Below, piece by piece: positions 10,710 to 23,905 of a stretch of DNA of 64,000 bases. Numbering within the stretch: the first letter of the stretch is position 1; each line of letters starts with the position of its first letter. The notes below the pieces were generated by a model. The model saw nothing but the letters and a program-made list of their open reading frames with translations. It was not told the origin of the DNA and searched no databases. This stretch comes from Malacoraja senta. Taxonomy: Eukaryota. The stretch lies in assembly GCA_038087875.1 (NCBI GenBank), contig CM075992.1, positions 7,504,001 to 7,568,000 of the forward strand, in the 5' to 3' direction. The position numbers were made by a program, and so were the translations under genes.

Positions 10710-10990
10710 ACTTACAAACACTTTGGAGTGTGAGAGGAAACCGGAGCACGAGGAGAAAACTTCTTCAGTCTGAAGGATTTCGGCCCGAAACGTTGCCTAT
10801 TTCCTTCGCTCCATAGATGCTGCTGCACCCGCTGAGTTTCTCCAGCATTTTTGTGTACGCACGAGGAGAAAACCCAGGCAGTCACGGGGAGAACATACAA
10901 ACTCCATACATACAGCACCCATAGTCAGGATCGAACCTGGGTCCCTGGTGCTGTAAGGCAGCAATTCCTCCACTGCGCTACTGTGCTGCC
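10710..10990 (-). mobile_element. V-SINE interrupted by a Penelope mini-element (~10761-10859)
   Basis: Direct repeat cacgaggagaaaac flanks the inserted Penelope-type repeat. Confidence 0.75.
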
Positions 10991-11533
10991 CTAAAGGGAA
11001 CAAGGTGGGGGTCAAATGATCAGCAGTCACAAATATGGAGCTATTTTTTCCCTTTCTCCACCAGTCTTACTGCTAAAGGAACGATCCCTCTACCTCAATA
11101 CCAGGACCATAACTTGACTCATGGCTGAAACTTCACCCCTCTCGCTGACTGTGCAGTTTAACTCGACAATGCCTACAGGGTGGCATGTTAAATAATGCAC
11201 AGATCCTCCATGCACTTTGGCTTAGAGTACAATGGTTTTTCAAACAGCTACTGGATCAGTGTCCATCGCATTGATAGGACAACTTTCAATGGGAATTACT
11301 GCATGAACGTTAAAGGTTGGTGCAAGGTGGATTAACTGACAATCATTCACACACATCCATTCACAATAAAGGAAGGCTCGATATATTATAGTGTCGACAC
11401 ACTATGAAATGAGAGAGAGCAGACCAGACTTGAAACAAAAGAACAGGCTTCAAAGTTCCCAAAGTCAGCATTTCATATTTGTTAAATTAACTCGAACCTA
11501 TGCATTGAATATTATCGGTTTAGGTTTAGTATT

Positions 11534-11718
11534 TAAGAAGGAACTGCAGATGCTGGAAAATCGAAGGTAGACAAAAGTGCTGGAGAATCTCAGCGGGTGC
11601 AGCAGCATCTATGGAGCGAAGGAAATAGGCAACGTTTCGGGCCGAAACGTTGCCTATTTCCTTCGCTCCATAGATGCTGCTGCACCCGCTGAGTTTCTCC
11701 AGCACTTTTGTCTACCTT
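11534..11718. mobile_element. Near-perfect palindromic Penelope mini-element
   Basis: Inverted arms of ~77 bp centred near 11641 (gcaacgtttcgg-g-ccgaaacgttgc), flanked by ttaggtttagtatt direct repeats. Confidence 0.85.
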
Positions 11719-11744
11719 AGGTTTAGTATTGTCGCATGTCAACA

Positions 11745-12602
11745 AGAATAATCCAGGGGATGATTGGGTTAATGTATGAGAAGCGGGTGAACATTCTGGG
11801 TCTTTACTTGCTGAGGTTTAGAAGGATGATGGGGGTTCTAATTGAAACTAACGGATAAGGGGTTAACCCTTAAGGGGTTGGACAGGCTAGATGCATGAAG
11901 ATTGTTCCCGATGTTGGGGAAGTCCAGAACAAGAGGGTCACAGTTTAAGGATAAAGGTGAAATATTTTAGGACTGAGATGAGAAAAACATTTTTTACACA
12001 GAGAGTGGTGAATCTCTCGAAATCTCTGCCACAGAATGTAGTTGAGGCCAGTTCATTGGCTATATTTAAGAGGGAGTTAGATGTGGCCCTTGTGGCTAAA
12101 GGGATCAGGGGGTATGGAGAGAAAGCAGGTACAGGATACTGGGTTGGATGATCAGCCATGATCATATTGAATGGCGGTGCAGGCTCGAAGGGCCGAATGG
12201 CCTACTCCTGCACCTATTTTCTATGTTTCTATGTTTCTATAATGCAAGGCTTGGATAGATTGGATGTGGAGAGGATGTTTCCAGTAGTGGGAGAGTCTAG
12301 AACCAAAGGGCACAGACTCAGAATAAAAGGACGTACCTTTACAATGGAAATGAGGAGGAATTTCTTTAGCCAGAGGGTGGTCAATGTGTGGAATTCATTG
12401 CCACAGACAGCTGTGGAGGCCAAGATATTGGGTACTTTTAAAGCGGAGACTGATGTGTTCTTGATTAGTACGGGTGTCAAAGATTATGGGGAGAAGGCAG
12501 GAGAATGGGGTTGACAGGGAAAAATAGATCAGCCATGATAAATAGACTCGATGACTCAATGGGCTGAATGGCCTAATTCTACTCCTATGTCTTATGGTCT
12601 TA
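11745..12602 (+). mobile_element. Two tandem CR1 3' ends of different subfamilies
   Basis: Two successive ...RTRGH.L...FF.QRVVN.WNSLP...YGEKAG blocks, each with its own tail. Confidence 0.85.
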
Positions 12603-12614
12603 AGTACCGAGGTA

Positions 12615-13975
12615 TGAATGAATGAATGAATGAATGAATGAATACTTTATTGTCATTATAACATGTAAACATGTACAACAAAATTAGAAATGCCAACCAG
12701 TTAGTGCACCATTCACACATTTTCTAAAAGGAACTAAAATAAATAACATGAAAAACACATTCTTCTGTCGATTTCCCAGTCCCTTTGGTGTGTAGCACAC
12801 CTGCACTCATTTGGTGGCTACATTAAGTGTAGTTATTGCTGGGGGGTAAAAACTGTTTTTGAGTCTGTTTGTCCTTGTCCTCATTGATCTGTACCGTCTG
12901 CCTGACGGCAGCAGTACAAACAGGGAGTGACCGGGGGTGGAAAATGTCCTTTATGATCTTCTGGGATTTTTTGAGACAGTGGGAACTGTGTAGGTCCTCC
13001 AAGGTGAGGAGAGGGCAGCCGATAATCTTCTGGGCGTTGTCAATAGCCCTCTGGAGCGCTTTCCTCTTAGCCGCTGTGCAGCTGGTGTACCACACGCATA
13101 CACAGTATGTTAAGATGCTCTCTATTGAGCACCGATAAAAGGATAGCAGCAGTCTCTGGGCGATGTTGTTCTTCCTGAGCACCCTCAGGAAGTACAGTCT
13201 CTGCTGGACCTTTTTCAGCAGCGCAGAGGTGTTCACGCTCCATGTCAGGTCCTCCTCAATGTGGATTCCCAGGAAGCGGAAATCCGCCACCCTCTCCACA
13301 CAGTCCCCATCGATGATTAGTGGTGTGATGTCCGTTTTCTTCTTTCTGTAATCTATTATGAGCTCCTTGGTTTTTGAGGTGTTGAGGAGCAGGTTATTTT
13401 CTCCACACCACCCTGTCAGCTGCTCCACCTCATCCCTGTAGGCGTACTCATCCCCCCCAGAGATGAGCCCCACCACCGTGGTGTCATCCGCGAATTTGAC
13501 AATGGTGTTACTGTGGTGGGCGGGGGTGCAGTCATATGTGTAGATGGTGTAAAGCAGGGGGCTCAGCGCGCAGCCCTGTGGAGAGCCGGTACCGAGGCTG
13601 AGGGCCGTAGATGTGTTATGGCCCACTCTGACTCTCTGACTGCGACCCGACAGGAAGCTCTTTATCCACATGCAGGTGGAGTGTGGAAGTCCCAGGTCCC
13701 CCAGTTTGTGGGGAAGGATGGTGTTAAAAGCAGAGCTGTAGTCCACAAAAAGCATCCGCACGTAGCTCCCCCGCTGCTCCAGATGTGACAGTGCAGCATG
13801 GAGGGCTGTGGCTACAGCATCCTCTGTGGATCTATTCGCTCTATAAGCAAACTGGTGGGGGGTCAAAGCTTCGGGACAGGAGTGATGTGATGTGACCCCG
13901 GACCAGTTTTTCAAAGCACTTCATCACCACTGGTGTGAGTGCGACTGGCCGGTAGTCGTTGAAACTGGAAATGTG
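12615..13975 (-). mobile_element. Rex1/Babar-type LINE, 5'-truncated, with 363-aa RT ORF (12823-13914)
   Basis: RT motifs QFAYR, VDYSSAFNTI, GSPQGCALSPLLY, KFADD, FLG and the C-terminal YR.SIESILTY..VWY typical of Rex1. It has an (ATTC)n tail and is nested in another Rex1-type 3' end that continues at ~13990-14400. Confidence 0.88.
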
Positions 13976-15160
13976 GGTTTTTTTGGGCAAGGGGACTATG
14001 GTGGAGTGGTATAGTGAAAGAGTTTGTTTTGTATGCTATCCAAACAGATCAGAAGTACCATACATTGATACAATTAGTTCAACCTCCAGAATAATAGATA
14101 GAGCAAAGAGGAAGATACAGAGTGCAGAATATAGTTCTCAGCATTGTAGTACATCAGTTCCACAGACAAAGTCCAATGTCCGCAATGGGGTAGAGGTGAA
14201 TCGGACAGCACCCTAGCTTATGGAAGGACATTCAGAAGCCTGATAACAGAGGGTAAGAAGCTGTTCCTGAGTCTGGTGGTGCGCGCTTTCAAGCTTTTGC
14301 ATCTTCTGCTGGACAGGAGCAGGGAGAAGAAGGAACGACCGGGGTGGGACAAGTCTTTGATTGTGTTAGCTGCTTTTCCAAGGCAGAATAACATGTAGAT
14401 AGACACAAAAGCTGGAGTAACTCACTGCTGTATGCAGACAGCTAGATTCACCCATCCCTTCTCTCCAGAGATGCTGCCTGTCCCGCTGAGTTACTCCAGA
14501 TTTTTGTGTCTATCTTCGGTTTAAACCAGCATCTGCAGTTCCTTCCTGCATAGAATTTAGTTTCGATGTACGTACAGTGTTGAAACAGGCCCTTCAGCCT
14601 ACATCGACCATTAATCACCCGTTCACACTAGTTCTATGTTATCCCACTTCCACATCTTACACACTAGGGGCAATTTACAGAACCCAATTAACCTACAAAC
14701 CTGCACGCCTTTGTAATGTGGGTGGAAAGCGGAGCACCCGGAAGAAACCCACGTGGCCACAGGGAGAACGTGCAAACTCTGCCCAGACAGATTCACCGCC
14801 CGCTGGCTAAAGAAATTTTTCCTCGCTTAATTAGCAACCAAGTACCTTTCATCACCAACACATATCCCAAACATACTGCAGCCAGTTAAACACTGGGATC
14901 CACATGGCTTGCTACTAATTTAACATGCCCTTGTAAAAATGGTTTGGGGAATTAATTATGCTGGATGAATGAATGCACTCTTTTGGTCCGTGTGTGTGTG
15001 AGAGAGACACAGTTTGTATGGGGAGTTGTTAATTGGAGTTATCTGTGTGAGTGACTGAAATGGGTGGCTGAGAGTATTTAACTGTGTTTAAAAATTCCCT
15101 TGGAAGTTCTGTTGGCAATAGTGTACGGGAGTTAGCAACTAATGTGTGCAAAGCCAGATC

Positions 15161-15314
15161 GGGGTGGGAGATTGCAACCTTCACGTGGTCCACCCTGTTT
15201 CAACAAATGCAATCAACCCGGCATGCACAATCAAATAAGATCAAATAGAACAAGTTGTCTGACAACTTTAGGCTGTGCTCGCCATTTGTACGCTGTGTAC
15301 GCAAGAAGAAGAAG
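15161..15314 (+). mobile_element. SINE-like retroposon with HDV-like ribozyme head, copy 2
   Basis: TSD aaagcc(a/t)gatc (15150-15160 / 15315-15325), same G1 start as copy 1, (AAG)n tail, J4/2 CAAA. Confidence 0.85.
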
Positions 15315-17871
15315 AAAGCCTGATCACACAGGCAGCAATGGGAAACCTTCGATTTTCCAGCATCTGCAGTTCCTTCTTAAACAGCAATGGGAATATGATG
15401 GTAGACAAAATGCTGGAGAAACTCAGCGGGTGCGGCAGCATCTATGGATGCGAAGGAAATAGGCAACGTTTCGGGCCAAAACCCTTCTTCAGACCTTGGA
15501 GAAAGTCTGCTTATTTGCTTATATGAATATAATCTGAATATAATATGAATATGGCTACTTGGTTGCTAATTCATGTGAATATGATTATATGAATATAATA
15601 TGACTACTTGGTTGCTAATTCATGGGAATATGATTATAGTCAGGATTATAGTCTGTAGTCAGGATCGAACTCAGGACTCTGGCGCTGTGAGGCAGCAGCT
15701 CTACTGATTCTGCACTAATCACATCACAAACACACAGTGCCACTCACATGCAGGTAGAAATCCATTTGCAATCAGGAGCGTATTAATGCCAGAAGCATTC
15801 TTTGCAATGACAGACTGTGGTTTAATTTCATGAAACTCTGTTTAATCACATCCAGCTCCTGTGATGTAATGAAAACTGGATCATTACATGTGGAAGGGGA
15901 CTTGGTGTCAGAGCCTTAGAGGGCACAGCTCAGCTCACTGCTAGTAAAAATCCACTTTATTGTGTCAACTTGACATTTCAATAGAATCTGAACGTGTATG
16001 AATTTCATTCAGGTGGGATTATTGTGCATTCATAATGCTGCCTGCTCAGAGACCGCCTTGGGGATATTGAGAAACTCCAGCACCCCGAGGACACACAGTC
16101 AACAGCAGAAATGTTTTTCTACCCAAGTTCTTAAACTTATTTTCTTCCAGCATGTATTTAATATACACAGTATCCTTTCATAGAGTCATAGAATCTTACA
16201 GCGTTGAAAAAGGTTCTTCGGCCCAACTTGCCCATACTGGCCTACACTAGTCCCACCTGCCTGCATTTGACCCAAATCCCTCCAAACCTGTCCTATCCAT
16301 GTACCTGTCTAATGTTTCTTAAACGTTGCAATATATCCTGCCTAAACTACCTCCTCCAGCAGCTCGTTCCATACACCTACCACCTTTTGCGTGAAAAAGT
16401 TACCCCTCTGATTCTCTGGGCAAGAGAATCTGTGCGTCTACCCGATCTATTCCTCTCATGATTTTGTACACTATGATTTCATAACAAAAATGATTCTCAA
16501 CAAGCACTTTGACAGTTTAGTCAGTCAAGACTTTCAAAAACTAGGCCAACAACCCTGTGGTGAAGGAGTGTTGCGTGGTAGAGTTGGCATAGAGATAGCA
16601 TGGATAAATTGGGCCAAAGAGCCTGAATTCCATGCTGTATGGCTGTATAGCTGTTTACTGGAGGGATTAAAGCAGACTCAGCTACATCCAGGGGGTAATG
16701 CATCACCAAGGTTTGCTATAACTATAATCATATTCCCATTGCTGCCTGTGTGATCAGGTTTTGCACACATTAGTTGCTAACTCCCTTTCGCTGTTACCAA
16801 CAGAACTTCCAAGGGAATTTTTAAATACTCTCAGCCACCTATTTCAGTCACTCACACAGACAACTCCCCATACAAACTGTGTCTCTCTCACACACACACT
16901 CACCAAAAGAGTGCATTCATCCAGCATAATTAATTCCCCAACCCATTTTTACAAGGGCATATTAAATTAGTAGCAAGCGTGTGCTCTGGAAAGGGATCCC
17001 AGATTATTCCGAGGCAATAATCTGATGTAGACAAAAATGCTGGAGAAACTCAGCGGGTGAGGCAACATCTATGGAACGAAGGAAATAGGCAACATTTCGG
17101 GTCAAAAACCTTCTTCAGACTGGGTCGAAACCCTTCTTCAATCTGATGATCTGTTTTCAGATGTTAGCTGAGTCATAACATCAACTACAATTCCAAGTTT
17201 TCTCCATTACATTTCAAATAGTTCCATGGGACAATTTTATGTACGTGAAGGAGAGGATGGAGATTTAATTTAACACTTGATCTGATAGCTCACCTCATAT
17301 GGAACAATACAGCAATCCCATGGGACTATATATAGTGTCATCCGGGATTCAGTGCTGTAATCCCTGGAGTGGGACTCGAATCCGTGACCTTTTCACTCAG
17401 TCAGGAGTGTTAGACATTGAACACTGACAAAAACAAATAAAAAAGTTTAAAAAAAACTGCAGATGCTGGCTAGCTTAAAATAAAAACAGAAACTGCTGGT
17501 AGGACACTGGACCCCAGACAGCATATGTGGAAAGTAGGCAGATTTTTCATTTTAGGTCAAAGACCCTTCATCTGAAAATGGGAAAAGAAGTTGCAGAGTG
17601 GGTGAGAAGGATAGGATAGGTATTCGGTATAGGTGAGGACTCTGTGGTGGATGTGCTCAAGAGGCGTATGAGGAGCAAGGTGCAGGTCATCCTCGACAAC
17701 TCCGGGCACCCCCTCCATGAAATTCTGGAGGGTCAAAAGAGCACACGGAACAACAACCGGTTCCTCTCCCTGCGCTGTAGAACAGAGCGGTTCAGGAGAT
17801 CCTTCACCCCTGCAGCCATTAGATTTTATAATACTGTAGGCTGTATGGGGATGCTTTGCATTTTTTTTTAA

Positions 17872-17921
17872 AGAGAGAGAGAGAGAGAGAGAGTCTCAGA
17901 GAGAGATAGAGAGAGAGAGAG
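17872..17921. repeat. (GA)n microsatellite
   Basis: Read directly from the sequence. Confidence 0.9.
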
Positions 17922-20650
17922 CGTGCACTAAAAAAGGGATATGTAAAAGCTGTGGAATGCGGAGAAATGAAACCAAAAAGAAAATGCTGCTTTCCAAACT
18001 CCAATTCCAAAAGACATCTTTGCAACAACCGAAGAAGCCACTTCCAATTAAAAGAAAACAAAAGTTACTGTATTCCAGGAGAATGCACGCACTTGTTAAA
18101 TATGGGATCAGAGAAAGATCCACCTTTGTTATGTTCAAGAAGGAACTGCAGATGCTGGAGAATCGAAGGAAGACAAAATTGCTGGAGAAACTCAACGTTG
18201 CCTATTTCCTTCGCTCCATAGTTGCTGCTGTACCCGCTGAGTTTCTCCAGCAATTTTGTCTTCCACCTTTGTTATTATTCACCTAACCATGTGTAAATCA
18301 TCAAAAATCTCACTCCCCCTTAAACGCTGCTGTGTGGGCAGACTTCAAGGCATTAGTGAATAAAGATTCTTTATGTTAAAATATTTCAATGAAAAATCAG
18401 AACTAATCTAAACTAACTGAAAATGGTAAGTATGTACAGGTACTAAACCTGTGTGTGATAATAATGCTGGTTGTTACTAAAGTTGTGTTTGCACCCAGAC
18501 ATGACTTGGGTTCTTCTGTTGGCCTCATGAAAAACGATTAAAGGGAGACAGGAACCTACAGATGCTGGTTTACAAAAAAAGACACAAAGTACTCAGCGGG
18601 TCAGGCATCTCTGTAGAACATGGATAGGTGATGTTTTGGGTCAGCGACAGGGTGGGAGGGGGAAAAAGTTGGAAGAGAGATGATATTGTAAATCCATACA
18701 CATCCCCCCTCTCTCCGTCCCTCCCCCAGCCTAGTCGTTGCACTAGTTTCACTGTCCTGTTGAGATTCATTGTCTGGATAACTCGTTATCACCTACCCCA
18801 CAGCCAACAATGGACCATTGTGGGCTCCACCTTTGCTTTTTGCATATCTTTCATTCATTTGGTCGACGTCCTGTTTCCCTCTCCCCTGACTCTCAGTCTG
18901 AAGAAGGGTCTCGACCCGAAACTTCACCAATTCCTTCTACCCAGAGATGCTGCCTGTCCCACTGAGTTACTCCAGCAGTTTGTGTCTACAAAATTCTATG
19001 TTTTAAACATTCACTGGATGGCTCAGTTGCATTAAACCTTTACGAAATAATTTAAAACCTAATGAAAGATATGGTAATAAAAAATATCGAACATTTCCTT
19101 CAAGCCCAGAAATATAAGATTCAGTGGTTAATACCATAAACGAGGCATGACTTTATGCTGTGAAAGACATTTAAGCCTATTGATTTAATCTGCTGATCTC
19201 CTGGTGACCTAGCATAACTAGATATTCAAGTGAAATGGCCAGAGTTTTTGTGATGTGTAAAATGAGATTTAATGTAGAAACAAAGAACTGCAGATGCTGG
19301 TTTATATTAAAAATAGACACAAGTGCTGGAGTAACTCAGCGGGTCAGGCAACTTATGGAGAAAAAGGATGGGTGGCGTTTCGGGTAGGGAACCTTCTTTA
19401 GACACGAGATTGAATGAGATTTAAACCTGGGTTAGATCAGGAGAGTGGAAATAGGGAGGTGTTTCCCAGCAGGAGTGCAGATACTGAAAGATGGACCAAC
19501 TAAATGACAGCATTCAGCCCCATTGTAAATCCCACTCGGTACTCTTGGTTAAAAGGTGAACCAGAATTTTCGTTCCTGGACCACAAATCAAGCTTCGCTC
19601 AATAAGATGCAAAGGATGAGAAAGAATATCTTGCCGAATAACCCTTACCTATTTCCCACTTTCACTTAACCTTCTATACACACAATGCGTTTGGAAAACA
19701 CAAGGCATTTATTCAGCAAGCTTCCTGCAAATTTACATCCATGCATAAAAAAATGCTTGGGAATCAGTTTTTGTACTTCAAAAATTATTTATTCAGAGAA
19801 AAGTATAATTTCAATTCCTCTCCAAATCTTAGCTAAACAAAGTTGAAGGGAATAGTATAGACAATAACATGGCAGTGATTTGAATGAAAAACATTGAGTT
19901 GGATGGAGAGATGTGAGAATGGAACATAAATGCGGGCACATTTCAGCTGGCCCAAATGCCTGTTTGTCTCGTTAATTCTCTGTAATTTCCTGAATGGTGC
20001 AGATATTATTTCTGGGATTATGTATCGCCCCAGATTGGTAAAGTTTTGTTGAAGCCCAGTATAAGTCTGTGACATGAATCAACATAAAAAGGGGTGGAGT
20101 ACTCATCAGCTATGAACAGGTCAAATCTCCATGTATTCAATGCTGATACTAATGTGAGGGCATGCGTATGGCTTTCCGTTTTTAATACCACTTCAGCGCT
20201 ACTGGATATGAAAAGGAATATGCAGCTCCCAGAACAGTAGAATACAAACCAGATGGATCTTGCTCCATTGTTGTCCAGCGATTCCTGGGATCACTCTATT
20301 GGAAGAGCTTCTTGCCACCATATGTTTTTCACCAATTTTGCCTCAAAGTAGTGTTCTAAATGTTGTTGTGATGAACGTTGCTTCTTTTCACCCATCCGCA
20401 CAGATATTTCCTAAGATTTGGATTTTCATGGCAATGCCACGTGTCTAAGCTATTTATATTGGTTTATTTCTTCCCTCTATGAACAAACGTGATCTCAAGC
20501 TCTTCATTGTCAATGCAGACACTTCATTTTGATACATTCCCCTTATTGGTTGCTGGTCATTCTTAGTCACAAATTGCCTTCCTTGGGTAGATTCTTCATT
20601 AAAGCAGCTCCCGAGGTGTGGAATCTGTGGCAGCGATGATCCCAAGCCCA

Positions 20651-20670
20651 TCAAGCCATTGCAGTTTCAC
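20651..20670 (-). CDS. CHCHD5: CHCHD5 putative last coding exon ((G)ETAMA*)
   Basis: Acceptor ttttgttcttag and phase 1 compatible with exon 3, with TGA at 20653-20651. A unique 3'UTR-like region follows, with minus-strand AATAAA at ~20463, ~19788 and ~19708. Confidence 0.6.
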
Positions 20671-21677
20671 CTAAGAACAAAAATTAAAAGGCAAATGAGT
20701 GCAGAGTTGTTTAAGAGTTTACTAACATAAGAAACAGTAGTAGTCTAACTAAAGGGACACATGGTATTTAATAAGACGGTAGACAAAAGTGCTGGAGAAA
20801 CTCAGCGGGTGAGGAAGCATCTATTGAGCGAAGGAATATGGAGCTCCATAGATGCTGCCTCAACCGCTGAGTTTTTCCAGCACTTTTGTCTACCTTCGAT
20901 TTTCCAGCATCTGCAGTTCCTTCTTGAACGTATTTATTAAGACCACAGCCAATCCTGCAAATATCCACTCCCCTTTCCTCTTCTCATAGCTTTGAGTATA
21001 TTCAATGGTTGAGTATCTTGGTCCTCGGAAGTAGAGATTTATAACTCTATGCACAAAGAAATGTCTCAATGAAACTTTAAATGGGTATCCCTTTATTAGC
21101 ATGTGCTAAACTTTTCATCAGAAGGAAGAAACCCAATTGTTTAGTTTAGTTTAATGTAGCGTCATGTGTACCGAGGTAAAGTGAAAGCTTTTTTGTTTTG
21201 TGCTATCGGAAAGATTATACATAATTACAATCAAGCCATCCACAGTGTACAGATACAGGATAAAGGGAATAACGTTTAGTGCAAGATAAAGTCCAGTAAA
21301 GTCCGATTAAAGATAGTGCGAGGGTCTTCAATGAGGTAGATGGTAGGTCAGGGCCGCTCTCTAGTTAGTGATAGATGGTGAAGGAATGATAGATGGTGAA
21401 GGAATGGGTGATGTTTCGGGTCAAGACCCTTCTTCAGACTGATGTTCAGTTCAGTCTGAAGAGGGGTCTCGACCCAAAACGTCACCCATTCCTTCTCTCC
21501 AGAGATGCTGCCTGTCCCGCTGAGTTACTCCAGCTTTTTGTCTAACTGAGTAGCAGTCCCTCAGTACCCTACCGAAATGTCAGCCTAAACTCTGCAGTTA
21601 TTTCATAAAACAGATCGGGATCCAGGAATGGAATTGATACAGTAGGGTATCAATTTGCAAAGTTTTGTACATTAAAT

Positions 21678-21980
21678 GTTTAGTTTTGTTTGGAGATACA
21701 GCGCGGAAACAGGCCCTTCGGCCCTCCGCGCCGACCAGCGATCCCCGCACATTAACACTACCCTACGCACGCTACGGATAATTTTTACATTCACCATAAC
21801 CTACATATCTCTACGTCTTTGAGGTGTGGGAGGAAACCGAAAATCTCAGAGAAAAACCACGCCATCACGGGGAGAACGTACAAACTCCATACAGACAGCA
21901 CCCGCAGTCGGGATCGAACCCGGGTCTCCGGCGCTGCAGGTGCTGTAAGGCAGCAACTCTACCGCTGCGCCACCGTGCTG
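21678..21980 (-). mobile_element. V-SINE (HE1-like), full length
   Basis: tRNA head, V-domain core and CR1-like tail. Confidence 0.85.
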
Positions 21981-22043
21981 TGTAGTTACATTTGCACTGT
22001 TGTGATTTTTAAAAGAACTGTGAATCTCACAGAAATGTTTTAC

Positions 22044-22195
22044 CTGGGTTTGGTGCTTTGACTTTCTCCGCACAGGCCAGGAACTTGTTAACATGCTCTG
22101 CGCAGTTCATTATGGATGACTGGTTCTGCCTCAGACACTGCTCGAAAGTCATGAAGGGCTCGGCACATTCCGCACGGATCCTTTGAATAACTGGG
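22044..22195 (-). CDS. CHCHD5: CHCHD5 coding exon 3 (second twin CX9C domain)
   Basis: PVIQRIRAECAEPFMTFEQCLRQNQSSIMNCAEHVNKFLACAEKVKAPNP; AG/GT boundaries; resembles human CHCHD5 PIIRQIRQACAQPFEAFEECLRQN. Confidence 0.93.
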
Positions 22196-22374
22196 CTGGA
22201 AAAAGAGTGATCAGATTTAAAAACAGGAGGTTTCAATCGGTGGCAAGAATCCAGCGATAGAAACATTATAAGCAGACTTATGTTAGAATGGACTGAAATG
22301 TTTGCAGTCCTACAAAACACCTCAGTTATTTCCTAAAACAATGCTACAGGTCTTTATAGATAAAGGGTTGTAAG

Positions 22375-22730
22375 TTGAAACATATAAGATTGTTAAAGGC
22401 TTCGACACGCTAGAGGCAGGAAACATGTTCCCGATGTTGGGGGAGTCCAGAACCAGGGCCACAGTTTAAGAATAAGGAGTAAGCCATTTAGAACGGAGAC
22501 GAGGAAACACTTTTTCTCACAGAGAGTTGTGAGTCTGTGGAATTCTCTGCCTCAGAGGGCCGGTTCTCTGGATGCTTTCAAGAGAGAGCTAGATAGGGCT
22601 CTTAAAAATAGGGGATATAGGGAGAAGGCAGGAACGGGGTACTGATTGAGGATGATCAGCCATGATCACATTGAATGGCGGTGCTGGCCCGAAGGGCCAA
22701 ATGGCCTACTCCTGCACCTATTGTCTATTG
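22375..22730 (+). mobile_element. CR1 LINE 3' end
   Basis: Same subfamily and tail as 4268-4746. Confidence 0.85.
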
Positions 22731-23011
22731 GATGGTTCTGGCTGTTATTGATGGCAGACAATTCTGCAGAGAGTGTCGTCACTGGGAACAATGCTGATCC
22801 TCTCCAGCCAGGCCAATTTTTTTCCTCTAATTCAAACTCCAGCAGCCCTTGTGAGGACATATTTCACCCAACGATCATGCAGTATTCTTAAAATCCTAAT
22901 TACAGAGGGAAAGTAAACTGGAGTAACTTAGAAAAAGGAGATCTTTGAGTTTATCGGTCCAAAACACAATTAGAAAACAAGTCTATGGTAGTGCAAGTGG
23001 TGGTCCGTAAT

Positions 23012-23315
23012 TTTAGTTTAGAGATACAGCGCGGAAACAGGCCCTTCTTCCCACCGGGTCTGCGCTGACCAGCGATCCCCGCACACTAACACTATCCTAC
23101 ACACACTAGGGACAATTTTTACATTTACCAAGCCAATTAACCTACAAACCTGTACGTCTTTGGAGTGTGGGAGGAAACCAAAGATCTCGGTTTAAACCCA
23201 CGCAGGTCACGGGGAGAACGTACAAACTGCTTCCAGACAGCACCCATAGATGGGATTGAACCCGGGTCTCCGGCGCTGCAAACGCTGTAAGGCAGCAACT
23301 CTACCGCTGCCGCCT
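23012..23315 (-). mobile_element. V-SINE (HE1-like), full length
   Basis: tRNA head, core and tail. Confidence 0.85.
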
Positions 23316-23607
23316 TCCCTTACTGAGTAGGATTAGGGTTGTGCAAAACCTGATAGTTATAGTGTTTTTCCTGTACCTAATTGTGTGGGATTTTGATGGT
23401 AGCCTGAAGGGGAAAAAAGCATAGCGGTGAACATGGTGATCGTCGATGACAGATAATGCTTTCTTGGGGCGACGCATGAAGAGGCTTTCGATGGTGGGAA
23501 GAGCTGTGCCTGTGATGGACTGGGCTGAGTCCACCACTCTCTGTAGCCTGGTGAATTTCTGAGTATTGAATTGCCATACCAGGCAACGATACAGTCAGTC
23601 AGGATGT

Positions 23608-23905
23608 TTTTAGACTTTCGAGATACAGCCCAGAAACAGGCCCTTCGTTCTACAGAGTCCGTACCGACCAGCGGTACACTAACACTATCCTACACACTAG
23701 GGACAATTTATGTTTTTACCGAAGCCAATTAACCTACAAACCTGTACTTCTTTGGAGTGTGGGATGAAACGGGAGCACCCAGAGAATGTACAAGATGTCA
23801 CAGGGAGAACATACAAAATCCGTACAGACAGCGCCCGTAGTCAGGATCGAACCCAGGTCTGGTGCTATAAGGCAGCAACTCTACCGCTGCGCCACTGTGT
23901 TGCCC
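23608..23905 (-). mobile_element. V-SINE (HE1-like)
   Basis: tRNA head, core and tail; inserted in a degenerate Rex1-type fragment (~23380-24300). Confidence 0.78.

Noticed and set aside
21860..21980. tRNA-like sequences with A and B boxes (many copies)
   Set aside because: These are SINE heads attached to V-domain cores and CR1 tails, not tRNA genes.
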